From: Octopus bimaculoides
Lineage: Eukaryota
Length of the DNA: 64,000 bases
Direction of reading: 5' to 3'
Assembly (NCBI RefSeq): GCF_001194135.2
Contig: NC_068999.1
Location: forward strand, 22,207,021-22,271,020
The position numbers and the translations under genes are program-made. Below the pieces are notes generated by a model. The model was not told the origin of the DNA. It saw only the letters and a program-made list of their open reading frames with translations, and made no database searches. This document shows, piece after piece, positions 11,986 through 25,080 of the stretch (position 1 is the first letter of the stretch; the number at the start of each line of letters is the position of its first letter).

Positions 11986-14900
11986 ATTTCATTTTTGGTC
12001 TGTATATTTTTTGTCAATGTCATTCTTTGCTGTCATCATCATCTAATATGTCACCACCATCAACACAATCAATTTTACCACTTCATTACCAAATTTCTAC
12101 TGAAATCCACTGTCTCTGCTTGACTTAATTTTGAAAATAATGAAGTATTTAGTAAAACAGCTTTGTTGGTATTAAAACTGGTGTTTGGAACATAAATTGA
12201 CATGGAATTTTGATAGGGAGTTTAAATTTAAATTACTTTAAACAGGAAGTTTGTATCATAGAGCAAATAGCAGTTTTGGCTGAGGTGGTCTTAAAAAGAG
12301 TTTCAATAACATACACAGTCTTTACGAAAATAAGAAGCCAAAACTAGAATTTCTGCTTCATACTGCTAATGCAGAAAATCTTGAAAAACTGGATGTTCAA
12401 TACCAGTTATGAAATGTAATAATATAATTTGTTATTTAATATCACAAATGATATTACTAAAATTCATTTTGTACAAAGAAACTTGTAAATTGTAGAAATG
12501 AATATAATATTCTGGGGTTTTATTAAACTGAGCATTGCTATATAATTTAAACATTTCAGGATAATGATGTAACATTTGGAGTTAAAACACAATAGTAATA
12601 TTTTATGATTCTCAGAATCATGTCTAGAATGTTGGCAGGAAATATCAGTGACCTCAATTTATATCTGAGTGTAACAAGAGAAAGGAAATGCAGCTAACAT
12701 CATTAACAGACTTAACAGACTCTATGGCATTCACGTTAATTTGCTAAATTATTCATCATTATCAAATATGCACAGAAGAAGCATACTATAGCAACTTATT
12801 CACTGCAGGAGATTATCAGAAATATCCTAAAGACCTCTCTAAATAACAATTGCCTTTGTTATCAATATTTTTATACACTTAGGTAGTTCAAAGGGTTAGG
12901 AATCAACCTAGAAGCTTTACTGAACCTAAACTCAATGTTTTAACTTTATATCTCATTTGGAACAAATTATCCTTTCAAAATAAACAAAGTAAGAATAACT
13001 AAAATATTGGAGACATTTCAATTGTCTGTATTTTATTTTCTACAAAATGGACATGTCAAAAAGAATCAATATTTTTCAGTATTGAATAGATTAAAACCAA
13101 TCACAAAAGGAAACTGAACAGAGATGATCATCTTTTGAGCCCGTCCATGATCTTTTACTAATAACATCATAATGAATACTGGCTCATTACAAGAATTCCT
13201 GTGAAGAAAATAAGCTAATTATGAAGATATATCCAGATGTGATAAATGGCTAACTAATACGACATATTTGAATTAAAATAATACTAGGTTATTTTCCCAA
13301 TGTTACTGACACTGTGTACCACATGTAAATGTAGGCATTGAATACATAATTATGCAATTAAATGGTGGCCTGCCATTAAGCTTTACTTTCCATTTATGAG
13401 TTATTCCAGCTATAATAACTCACGTGATTTTCAAGAATGTTTTCATTTTTATTTATAATATATTTGGATAGTTTCACTTCAAATAAAATTAAAGTGTCAA
13501 TATCAATTCCTTATCTATTTTAAAATGTAAAACATATTTACAGGCCTTAATATTACAATAGATACCTCTTCAATATTAAGCAATCAATCAAGTAAACAGA
13601 AGAAAAGTAGACAGCCATAGAGAATCAAAGTATCAACCTGTTTGATGACAAAGACATAAGTGAATAAACACCTGAGAAAAATACCTTAATTGATGAAGTC
13701 AAATTGCTAAAACTTACCAAAACTATATCAGTCATACTGAGCAAAGCAAAAAAAAAATGCTTGGAGATAAAGTAGGTGACAAATTTGTTCTTGTTTCTAA
13801 CTATAATTTAATAACTCTAACATGTAAAGAAATACACATACACATTCCCATCTGGATCCAAACATAGGGGTAATATGAATGATTAACTTCAATCTATGCA
13901 ACAAATGTCTTGCATAGCTTTGGTGTAGTCCATGAATAATTTCTAAGGTATGTCACAAAATTTGTTGGAAAGATGCTGTAAATATTATCAGATGGTTGTT
14001 GAGATTCCAGATTTGAACAGTTTTTCAGGGTTAATTTCTTAAATAATCAAAACAACAATCTAGTTCAAATGACAAAGAGAACTGAGACAATTGGGCAAGT
14101 CTAAAACTTAGTAATGGAGTTGAACTTAACACTGCTAGTTAATAAACCACTTGCCAACTTCACAGTTTTGCTCATAGCAACGTGTTGTCCCTACCATTCC
14201 AGCTACAAAGAAAAGCCAGTGACAGGGTAAAAACTGCACTCTCATACTAAATGTCATATATTTATAAACAACAATTTATTTGAGGAAAATATTAAGGAGC
14301 CCATTCATAAGAATTAACCATGCATGTCTTACTAGGCAAACATGCAATTAATATGGTTATAAATCATTTTGGACTATTAAGCTCATCATCTGTTTTAATA
14401 TTTACATCTACACTATGTTTTGGTTGCCATTAGATATCTCATTCTTGAATGTGTACATAGCTGCAAGTCCAGATCTGTGTACACAACCAGGAATAAGACA
14501 CCAGATGATAATTGGAAATTATACTGTCCTGATTATAGTCTATGTGTGAATATTAGAAAACAAATTTTCTCTAAAGATGTGGTTGTTAGTGAACAAAATT
14601 AATTTCATATTAACAACTAATCTCAGTCAGACACTATTTACATACAGAGAACCCAAGGCTTTCCTTTCTTAAACAACATGGAACTTATATATTTTATTAG
14701 GAAATTTGTTCAGCAGACTCACTAAGTAGAAATGAGTACAACACTGACTGTAAAATACTTATATACATTGTATTTAATATGTCTTGTTAGAGAATTTTAT
14801 TTCGTATCACATGTCTAAACTTTCAATTTGTCCTTTTACAAAATTATAAACCACAACTAAAGATTATAATTAATTATATCCCAGGAACCATTCCCTAACT

Positions 14901-15774
14901 ACAAATGTTTCAAAACAATAAGAAACAAGTAATTTTCTTCATCCAAATCTCGCAGAAAGAACAACAAAGAGAAACTGAACATGATCCTGATGTTCAAAAA
15001 TATGGCATAGAACTGATTCAGCTATACATAAATCCTTTGGAATCCTATTTCTATGGTATTACATTGTTTTTGTTTTATTTTTAATGTTACCAATCTTTGT
15101 CTTCTCTATCCACAAAAAAGATACTTTTGATAAATAAATATGAAAAGCTTCTGTTTAAACATGACAAGCTGAACTGGTTGTCATAAAACTAAAGACAAGC
15201 TGGTTCCCAATAACTTTCTATTTGAAATTTTAAAAAATGACTCACATCCAGAATCAATTCTTAGAATTACAGCAGTTACAGTAGATGAAGATTGGAAAAC
15301 AGAAAAGTAAAATATAAAAAAAAGTAAAGCTATAAAGTAAAATAAAACTAAAGCAAAAAAAAATAATAAATACATACAGAGAGAAGAAAAATTAAAATGC
15401 AATGAGCCAAGAATGACATGGAAAAGAAACTAGCAGAAAAATAATTATAAAATCAATAAATTTTCTCAAATGCTTGTTAAATCAACAGTGGTACCATAAT
15501 TCAGAACTATCCATTTTCTTCTCTTCCTACTTCCTTTCTTTTCCCTAAATCACTGAACCTAGTAATTCTTGTTTTTGATTCTCTCTAACTTTCTGTCTCC
15601 TCTGTTTTCTCTCTTTTAAAATAAAACTTATTTTAATTATGCTTGGTAACACTGAACTGATGGTTAATTTGAGACTATAGCTACAATTATGAGTTCTTTG
15701 TTTCAAAAAAAAAAAAAAAAAACTTTTTTGTTTGTTTGTTTTTGTTTTCTCATCATATGAGCCCAACTTGTTCA

Positions 15775-16120
15775 CCTTGACTCTTAAAAGGTTATTTATT
15801 ACATCACGTTTTAGTACAATGTATGGAATAGACCATCTCTGAAGAATGTGCTTCAAATTTTACCTTGGAGTTTTTTTCTCCAATAAAGGAATTATATATC
15901 CATCTCCATTTTCCATTTAACTTAGAATACTCTTTTCACATAATGGATAATCTGCTTCCATACCAATACAGTAAATCTGCTTGAATTCACAAACCAATGC
16001 ATTTTATATTCAATTGCTCACTGAATTCCCTTGTAACAGCTTTTCTTCTAACTTGATCACATGCAACCGATTCCTCTCTTGTGAATGTAAATCTACTTTA
16101 TCTGCTGCTCATTTCCCAGT
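15775..16120 (-). mobile_element. Old RTE-like RT C-terminal remnant
   Basis: LLYWYGSRL... and FEAHSSEMVYSIHCT resemble LLYG.E.W / FEM..YRRIL.I.W motifs; many stops. Confidence 0.35.
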
Positions 16121-16344
16121 CACAAAACATTCTTATACTCACATCATATTACTTGTCTTTAGTATAGCAAACCCAAGTTAATACTAAACTTCAAGGCAAC
16201 ATACATGAATTCAAACTGTCCTCATAAGCATTGTTTGTGCTTTTTAAGAAAGAAGCAAAACCTTTATATAAAACACATAAGACATCTCTGTTCAGTACTC
16301 AGAGGTAATGAATCACTACTTCTTGGATCTATTATCGATGCCTT

Positions 16345-16563
16345 TTAATCCTTTAGCATTTAAACTGGCCATATCCAGCCCAAACGTTCTACATATTTGG
16401 TATTCAAATTGGTCATATCTAGCCTCTCCTAATCTACACTGACATTCTAAAAATAAACAATTACATAATTGAAACCTCAAAACTATAAGAGAAAGCATGA
16501 TTAATTCAAAACAATTTGAATATAAAAGTATTACATTTGACAGAGTAATCTGAACACTAGAAA
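16345..16563 (+). mobile_element. piggyBac-like MITE (TTAA-CCCTTTAGCATT family), decayed right end
   Basis: ttaatcctttagcatttaaactggccatatccagccc...cagagtaatctgaacactag; same family as 37677-37906. Confidence 0.75.
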
Positions 16564-16710
16564 CAGTGTCTACCAGAGGGTAAATATATTGAATGCTTGC
16601 CTACTGTCTACATTACATGAAGAGTCAGAATAATAACATAGTTTGAGAAACAGTTCACATGCATGTCCCTCTTTACAAACTTGCAAGTCAATTTCTGTTA
16701 CATAATAATA

Positions 16711-17982
16711 TTAACCCTTTAGTATTTAAACTAGCCACATCCAGCCCAAATATTCTACCTGTTTTATGCTCAACCCAGCAAGATCCAGTCTCTCATACCT
16801 ACCCTACAATGTCATTCTAAAGATAAATGATATTGAAGCTAAAAGATAATACATGATTAATTCAGAAAGGAGGTGATTGATAGAAATGGTGTGGGTAGGA
16901 ATGGTGATTGGGGGTGGTGGGTGGCGTGTTTGATAGTGTATGATATTGCTTGCAGGTGAGTACAGCAACTAGTGTAGTACTATAGATAGTGGGGGAGGGG
17001 CATAGCCTCACATGTACAGGCATATCTGTATGTTATAAGGTTTCCTTTTTATAGTAACAGGCAGGTCTTCTTGAGCACAGCAAGAAGCCAATCTTCTTGG
17101 TCCTTTGTCATCTCCCGCAATGTTCAATATGTTGAAATCTGCCTTCAATACCTCGTCCCATGTCTTCCTGGGTCTACCTCTTCCAGGAGTTCCATCCACT
17201 TTATGCGACTGGCACTTCTTTATGCAGCTGTCCTCATCTATATGTATCACATGGCCAAACCAATGAGGTTTACACATCATTCTACTTTCTGTACTATTCT
17301 CCTTCCTGAGCCACTCCTATGTCTCTCACCTCACTCCCCTCAGTATACTGGTATTTCCAATCATCTGTGCCCCCAATCTTGTTTTTTTACTCACTACATT
17401 AACCTCTACCTCCACCTGTTCATTCCCTCTTCACACTCTTATGAAAGCATCCACTCTCTCATTCCCTCCCATGGTCCACTTTTCTTTTCCTCTCTTATAC
17501 TTACCTTCTTATTCCTTGCTCCTTGAGAGTTTGCTCTAGCACCCCATTATTACCTTCCTCTTATCTCATTCAATCATACATCTCTTCTGTAGCAAGACAC
17601 CTGTGATTGTCCCTCCATCATACTTTAGCCTTTCAACACTTGGCATAAAGCCACTCATCTCCACCTTCCCCTCCCAAATACTTCTTTTAAGTAGTGGGAA
17701 CTTTTTCCTCTCTTTCCTTCTCCTTCACTGTTCTTTTCTGCTCTGCAAGTTACAGAGCAACCTTACTAGTGCCAGTGGCACGAGAAAAGCACTCAGTGTA
17801 CATATGTAGAAACCATGCCAAAAATGACATTTACGCATGAAACAGCTTTGCAGCTTAACATTCCCTGTTAAACCACCCTACCCATGGAAAGTGGATGTTA
17901 AATGATGATAATGATGAATGTAAAACAATATGAATAAAGAAGCATTACATTTGATGGAATAATCTGAATGCTAAAGAGTTAA
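16711..17982 (+). mobile_element. piggyBac-like MITE split by a ~1.05 kb nested insertion
   Basis: Left part ttaacccttttagtattt...catgattaattcag (16711-16865); right part aaaacaatatgaata...aatctgaatgctaaagagttaa (about 17920-17982) continues the same consensus; RTE and family E pieces lie between. Confidence 0.75.
17008..17280 (-). mobile_element. RTE LINE 3' end
   Basis: ORF HWFGHVIHIDEDSCIKKCQSHKVDGTPGRGRPRKTWDEVLKADF: RWFGHV.RM...GRGRPRKTW motif of RTE C-terminus. Confidence 0.85.
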
Positions 17983-18098
17983 TCATGGTTTCTGCAGTGC
18001 AAATTACTATCAAGATTATCATCATCATTATTATTATTAGTAGCAGTATTATCAAAACTATTATTATTATGAGTAGTAGTTTTAGGAATATCATCATT

Positions 18099-18330
18099 AA
18101 GGTGGCGAGCTGGCAGAATTAGCATGTCAGGCAGAATGCTTAGTGACAATTCAACCATTATTATGTCCTGAGTTCAAATTCTGCTACGGTTGACTTTACC
18201 TTTCAACCTTTCAGGGTTGAGAAAATAAGTACCAGTTCAGCAGCATGGGGGTTGATGTAATTGACTAGCCCCCTCCCCTCAAATTTCAGTCCTTGTGCCT
18301 AGAGTAGAAAGGATTATTATTATTATTATT
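18099..18330 (+). mobile_element. SINE family B, full length, (TAT)n tail
   Basis: aaggtggcgagctggcagaattagcatg...gagttcaaattc...aataagtaccag...gtgcctagagtagaaaggattattatt. Confidence 0.8.
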
Positions 18331-19224
18331 GGTAGTAGTATTAAGGCAATGTAAAGGCAAATATAGCAAAATAGCACACAAAATGTTTTTGCAGTATTTT
18401 TCTCTTTAATCCAAATTAAAGTCTTACTGGGATTATTACAACTTTCATCTCTACACAATCTATAAAAGATATACCAGTCATGTACTGTGGTTCATTTAAC
18501 TACAATCCTTCTCTTTGAATCTATGGTCTTTTGCCAATATAAAAAAAATTATTATTTTGATTATTATTAATTTTGATTTGTAACAAAGAGCTTTTAAGAT
18601 GACCTTTAAGTTCCTTTTATTACAATAATTATTAGAATGTACATTAAAAAAAAACTATCATATTAGTATTTATTTCAGCATGAATAAGTAGATCCGCCTT
18701 ATAAATGGTACCACCATGAATTGGTATGGTAAGTACTAAGTCAGACCAGTAGATAAAGAGGTAGAATTCTGTTACAGTAAAGAGCATTTTGTTTTAATAG
18801 TCAGACAACATTCTTGGAAAGAGAAGTTATAAGCAAATTAAAAAAAGCAACACAAAATTATTCAAAATGTTATGAATTAACCCTTTAGTGGTCATAGTAT
18901 TAATAGTGTTAGGTGTGCTGAATTGTTCATATAAGATAAAACACAAGAAATGCATGGCTTTCTAAGTTGTTTAGAAAGAAAGAGATTTCTGATACCAAGG
19001 ATAATACTATACAAACAAGGCCAGGTAGAGCTGGACTAAAAAAAATATAGCATTCTATAATGGTCTGCATGCTACAAGGTAAACCTCGAAATATTTACCA
19101 TACGAGCTCAAAAGAGTCATAAATGTTTTTTGGTAACTTTTATGACCATGAATAACTGTAGTTTTGTGATGAAAGTATAGTAGTTAAAGTACGAAGGGGA
19201 AAAATAATTTTAAGGAGATGTAAC

Positions 19225-19530
19225 CCATCTTATCAACAGAGGGTTTCTTTCCATAAGCAAAATAGGCTGTATAGAGCATGTGCAAGAAGTAAGATACTGC
19301 ATGAGAGTGAGACATGGGTATTTAATGTTAAAGATCTGTGGAGTATGGTTTGCATGTGCAATGTTAACCAGACAGAGCAAAAAGAGTTGATAGTATAGTT
19401 AAATATTAAAGATATAAGCAAATATATACAGAAAAGACAACTGTGCTAAGATGTCTCCAAGATGAGAATGGATGCGGAGTGAACAAGTGCTTTATACTGA
19501 TATAAGTTGTGACATCAGATCTCAGGGTGT
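19225..19530 (+). mobile_element. RTE LINE C-terminal remnant
   Basis: RLYRACARSKILHESETWVFNVKDL...MVCMCNVN, homologous to GRLY.ACV....LHGSETWA in the 45196-45465 ORF. Confidence 0.7.
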
Positions 19531-22500
19531 GAATCTTCATGAATGAAACTATAAAGGATCCCAACATGAAATAATATATACAGTATAGCAAATGGAGCCA
19601 ATGAATGACAGCATAGACAAAAAACAACAACAATTTGAAGATGCTGGCGGTAATAAATATGATCCATTTAAGTTAGAAATAAAATAGAATTTGGCCACAC
19701 AAAAAAGGCTCATTGACTGATAGAGAAAAACACTAAAATACCTAAATGGTATCATGAAATCTTTCTTGAGTAGCTTCTTATTTCTGGGGGAATTCCTTAT
19801 TTTGGATAAAATATTTTCAATTGTGAAGTAGACACTACTGTTTTTTTAAAAATGTTTCCTAAACAAATGTGGCAGAAAGATGATTAATCTATCTTATCAT
19901 ATCATATTGCTTCTATCAGTTGAAAAAATTTGTCCCATTACATTTGGCAGAAATGTAAGATTTGTTGAAAGCAAAACAAAATAAGCAAATGTTTGAATAT
20001 GTATATCCACTACCTGAAATCCACACACATAAGTGGATAAAAACATTTTTATTTAGTTTAGAAAAGAACAGTTATCAGACAGGTATTATGTACACAGCCA
20101 ATAAGATAGCAGAGATCATTCCAATATAAATCATAAATTTTTTTAAAAATTCATTTCTAAAGATAAGGCTAATTGTTTGAAAAATTACAATCTTATAAAC
20201 ATTTATGTCTTTCCAAAAAACATTAGCTGCTTAAATGGATGGAAAAAACTGATACTGGATCACAATTGCAGTTATTCATCTCTAATGCTGCAACACCATG
20301 CACTAGAAAGTTAGATAATGAAATCGACAAATGTAACTATTTATAGATTTCACAATATTTTCTGACCTATTGGTTTATGACTCATCAATACTAACTTATA
20401 GTGGTACAGCTATTTTGGCTAGTTTCAACAAGTTTAAAAAGAAACATTATAAAAGTAAAGAAATAAAAAAAAAACATAAAAAAATCGAAAACATAATATA
20501 TTAGACAGTCTACTCTTGTACTGGTTTCAGTCTTTGGACTGCGGTCATGTTGGGGAACTACCTCCAAGGATTTAGCAGATTATGTTGACAGACTTTAGTA
20601 CTTTATCTGGTACTTATTTATTGACCTTGGAAGGAGGAACTGTAAAGTAGAACCAAGTGGGATTTTAACTTAGGATTTAACCAAATAACACAAGATATTT
20701 TGTCTAATGCTCAAGTGATTCTGCTACCCATTCACTGATATATGTGTATGTGTGTCTATGTGAATGAGTGTGTATACACACATAAACATGCATTAATGCA
20801 CATAAATCTGATGGGCTTCTGTACAGTTGACATCTATAAACTTTCACTTATAATGCCTTGGTTGACTGAAGATGCCACTTGCCTAAAGACCCAACTACAC
20901 TATTGAATCAAACCTAAAACTATGTGTTTGCACAACAGATTCCTTACCACATGGCTTTTCATGAATGAGGGTTCTATTTGTTTCAGAGAAAAGAACTACT
21001 TATGCACTGTATTTCAGCAGAAGAGGCCAAGTATATTAAAGATACTTGTAACTTTAATGTAATCTTTTAGTACATTCAGTACAACACTGTGTAAAATACT
21101 GGATTAAGGAACTAGACATATAAATCTAATCTTTATGAGTATTGGATTGGTTAATAGACATAGTAATTTCGAAGCAGAAAATGGACAAATTATACAATAT
21201 CTCAACAATAAAAGCAACATTTCTCTCTTTCTTCCCTTTTCACCATTACACCTTTCACTACACCAAGTATATCTACCAGTTGTGGTAGATGTACTTTTTT
21301 AACAATTAGAACTGCTTTAATAATAGAACTGTCCCGACAATATTTGCTGAACAAATATCATAGTTTCCAAATCATACTGTCTTAAAAAGCTTGGATCGAA
21401 CTTGTTTCCAGGCTTCTAATTTTTAATTTACTGAGTACATAGGAGTGAATATCACATTAATTAAAATGAGACATTTAATGAAATGCTATTTCCATTTCTC
21501 AGTAAATCAATTTATGAAAAAATGTGATTGGAATTCCTTTACCCTAACACTAATCTCAAATTTTAAAAAGCATAGCTTCAAAACAACATAAATAATTATC
21601 ACAATCCAGGTCAATAAGACTTCAGATGAGTCATAGAAAATGAAACCAAAAATTGATTTCAAGTTCTTCACGTAATGGTAACTAGTAACTTGAGAGCAAG
21701 ACACTCTCTTAACAAAAGATAATTTATATCCTAACTATTGCTATAAATGTTTACTGGAGTGTGAAGTAAAAGCTGTCAGAAACACAAGTAATGTTATAAT
21801 GCATCCCATCACCTTACACATTTCCAACAGTCAAAGAGAAAAACGTTCAATAGTGTTTGGGCAACAGACAATTAATGCAGTTTTATACTAAAAAAACAAC
21901 AAAAAAAATCAAGAGTTATCCAACTTCTCTCCTTCACTTTCACTTTGTGTGTGTGTGGGGGGGGTGTACCCTTAAGGGTGAAGAGTTGTAGAACTTAGAA
22001 TGATGCGTTAGTAGTTGGTTACATAGAAATCTACTGGTTTTATGAGTCATATGTATAAGCCAATACTAATAGAAATGTGAATGTATATAAAACAAAGATG
22101 TCTCTTTATATGTGCTCATCTACAAATATGCCAACATCTCCAACTCTATTTCAATTAAAGGAAGGTTTAAGCTAAATTAAATACAAACTTTCCATAAGTT
22201 TCTGTTTATCAAAATAGTAATAAATAAACCTGATAATTTTCTTATATTTTTACAATATGTAGCAATATCAGCATATGTCTTGTATATACAATTACAACTG
22301 AAAGTTGATGATAAAATTGTTTCAAAGATATTTAGAAAGATTTTATACTTTTACAATTAGCAGACAGAATAAACTCACTCAATGCTAGATTGAACAGTAC
22401 AGTGGATTATAAAGTTTAGCTAATTTTTTTCCTGGCTTTGATAGCAATAAAAAATAATAGTATGGTCTGAATATATTAGAGTATGGACTGAATTCATTTA

Positions 22501-22798
22501 AGCATGGCTGATGAGGTGAAAATATATGTCACTTAAGTATTCAGTTGCCGAAGCTTTGAGTAACAAAAAGTGGAACTTAATGCTCTTAATCAATAGTGAT
22601 GTGGATTAGGAGCTCCAAACAAAGGCAAAAAATAAAAATCTCCAAACAAAAGCAAAAAATAAAAATCTATTTTCAGGAGCAAAATGGGTGAATGACAATG
22701 AGCAATAGAAGCTGTGTGGCTCAGAGTTCATATATCAATGACTCTTGGTTCTTGAAGTCATAGACCCTTATATATGTTGCTGTTGTTATTATTATCAT

Positions 22799-23014
22799 AA
22801 AAGCAGTGAGCTGGCAGAATCATTAGTACGTCAGACAAAATGCTTAGTAGCATTTCTTCCAGCTTTATGTTCTGGGTTCAAATGTTGCCAAGGTAGACCG
22901 TGCCTTTCATCCTTTCAGGGTTGATAAAATAAACACTGGGGATGATGTCATTAACTAGCCCCTCCACACAAATTTTTAGTCCTAGTGCCTATAGTAGAAA
23001 GCATTATTATTATT
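22799..23014 (+). mobile_element. SINE family B
   Basis: aagcagtgagctggcagaatcattag...gggttcaaatg...cctttcaggggttgataaaata...atagtagaaagcattattatt. Confidence 0.8.
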
Positions 23015-23136
23015 TAGCACAATCATTTCCTTCCAGCCTTCTGGGACTGGAGAAATAAGTACTAGTCAAGTATGACATTTACATTATTTACATTATTTAC
23101 AATTGACAGATATTTGTCTTCATCTTGTTTGTTGCT

Positions 23137-23181
23137 AACACAATGTTTCAGCTGATATACCCTCCAGCCTTCATCAGGTGC
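23137..23181 (-). ncRNA. Second hammerhead copy, probably impaired (G16.2 to A)
   Basis: Minus reads AGCAC-CUGAUGA-A-GGCUG(GAGGGUAUAU)CAGCU-GAAA-C-AUU-GUGUU; canonical CUGAUGA core, helix II keeps a G-U pair, but ACGU has become ACAU (CpG-type change). Confidence 0.6.
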
Positions 23182-23357
23182 TCTTAACCACTATGCCATA
23201 TGCCCACGGGCATATGGCGTAGTGATTAAGAGCATGGGCTACTAACCCCAAGATTCCGAGTTCGATTCCAGGCAGTGACCGGAATAATAATAATAATAAT
23301 AATAACAACATCGAAAAATACCTTAGGAATGAGAACCCAGGTTCAAAATTTCCCCAA

Positions 23358-23403
23358 GACATCTGAAGAAGGCTGGAGGGTATATCAGCCGAAACGTTGT
23401 GTT
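23358..23403 (+). ncRNA. Minimal type I hammerhead ribozyme (Penelope-associated type)
   Basis: GACAU-CUGAAGA-A-GGCUG(GAGGGUAUAU)CAGCC-GAAA-C-GUU/GUGUU: core CUGANGA 23363-69, extra A 23370, helix II 5 bp (23371-75/23386-90), GAAA 23391-94, palindromic loopless helix III ACGU, cleavage triplet GUU (after 23398), helix I GACAU/GUGUU 5 bp with 2 G-U pairs. Confidence 0.72.
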
Positions 23404-24034
23404 AACAACAAACAAGATGAAGACAAATATCCATCAACTGTAAATAATGTACATAATTCCTCATCTCTTAAATATAGAACAGAAGTATGAAATTTGATTT
23501 AATTAGTAACTATAATCACTACTGTTATCTTGCAGTTATGCATACTCTATCCTTCTGAAGCCATTCTGTACACTAAAGCTATACATTTGTTTTGTTTTTT
23601 TCAAATTGCTCTTGAAACTTTTTCACAAAACACGGATACATCTTTAGATCACTGTCATATGGATTTCATTTGAATGGTTTACTTAACAAGTTTTCAAGTA
23701 TTAACTTTTTATATTGTGTTTAAAGCTAAGTGCGTTTGTGGTTTTTGAAGTGATTTGTTAGAGTAACTATTTGAGTTTCTATGAGCAATGAATGCAGCTT
23801 GCTTCCTGATATGACAGCTTGTAACAGGGTGTCATTCTTTTGTACAGAGCTTGTCAAATTGCAGAGATTTTAAAGACAATCTATGGCTGTACGAGACCTC
23901 TTCCTCTGTTCTGTTTAGGAATATAAAATAAGGTGTATTGGCTTTCAGATAAATTTTGAATGTTAATAGCTTCCTTCTGGTATATTTTTGTTTTATTTTT
24001 ATTGTATCTCTGGTAACTTTTAGTTATCTTTTTA

Positions 24035-24389
24035 TCTTTTACTTATTTCAGTCATTAGACTGCGACCATGCTGGGGCACAGCTTTGAAGAACTTTAGTCA
24101 AACAAATTGCTTTAAGTACTTATTTTCATTTTAAGCCTGGTACTTATTCAATCAGTCTCTTTTGCCAACCACTATGTTGTGAGAACATAAACACAACACC
24201 AGTTGTCAAGTGTAGTGGAAGGGAGACAGACAGACACACATGATGAGCTTCTTTCAGTTTCTGTCTACTAAATCCACTCACACGGATTTGGTTGGCCCAT
24301 GACTATAGTAGAAGATGGTGCCATGCAGTAGGAATGAACCCAGAACCATGTGGTCGAGAAGTAAATTTCTTACCATAAAGTCATGCCTG
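24035..24389 (-). mobile_element. SINE family A (CORE-like, CR1/L2-type tail), old copy
   Basis: Plus reads cttttacttatttcagtcattagactgcgaccatgctgg...tttcagtttctgtctactaaatccac...gaacccagaaccatgtgg...cttacca, the reverse complement of the 40474 copy. Confidence 0.8.
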
Positions 24390-25080
24390 ATCACATCCAA
24401 GTTGTATCATACTACCAAAAATATCAGGGTAATGACTTTTTCAATCCTATGTTTTGAGTTAAGTTCACTCATTAAAATCATCACCTATTTTAAGTACTTT
24501 TTTTTTTTTTCTAAGTGGTACATTGTGAATGTATACCTTTTTATTTCTCCTAGTCTGGTTAAGCTGTATTGCTGAGTTCTTTCTGCTCTTACTTTCCATT
24601 TCCATACATTTTGAGAATCACATGGCCATCATCAAACATAGTACAACAATAGGTTTAGATATTTTTTTTATTGATTTTATCAATATGTCTTTTACCTCTG
24701 AAATGTTCAGAAATTTCTGAGCTGACATGTTAGTAACTATTTCACTTGTAATTAAAGAAGAGAGTGTAATAACAACAAATAAACAGACATTAAACTGAAA
24801 TAAATTATGCCTTCAAGTACTAATAACAATAACAATCTAGCACAAATTAATTACAATTAATTAAATTACACACGTGAAAAAACACTTAAGAGTTTTCTCA
24901 GTAGTACATGGGCTTTTTATACAGTTTCTATCTGTATTTCTTGTTATAACTTTCTTAGTTGGGAAAAATTTTCATTTCATTTACAATGATTAATTTTATA
25001 TTCTTCTCACTTTGATTGTACAAACAGAAGGACATATACACACACACATACACATATATGACAATGCACAAATAATGGGC

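Larger units (their letters stand above)
23077..23480. mobile_element. Head-to-head palindromic non-autonomous element: tRNA-derived heads plus Penelope-like hammerhead tails
   Basis: 23180-23205 is the reverse complement of 23208-23233 (2 mismatches); about 23077-23180 is the reverse complement of about 23358-23452. Right arm: tRNA-like head 23208-23281 (TGGCGTAGTGA box A, GAGTTCGATTCC box B), (AAT)n, then tail with CTGAAGAAGGCTG...CAGCCGAAACGTTG. Confidence 0.8.

Noticed and set aside
22508-22540. CTGATGA-GGTGA...TCACT hammerhead-like motif
   Set aside because: Helix II forms but GAAA is replaced by TAAG and no helix I/III can be built.
22613-22668. 27-bp tandem duplication ctccaaacaaa(g/a)gcaaaaaataaaaat
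   Set aside because: Ordinary slippage duplication in A-rich DNA; no spacer structure, not CRISPR-like.
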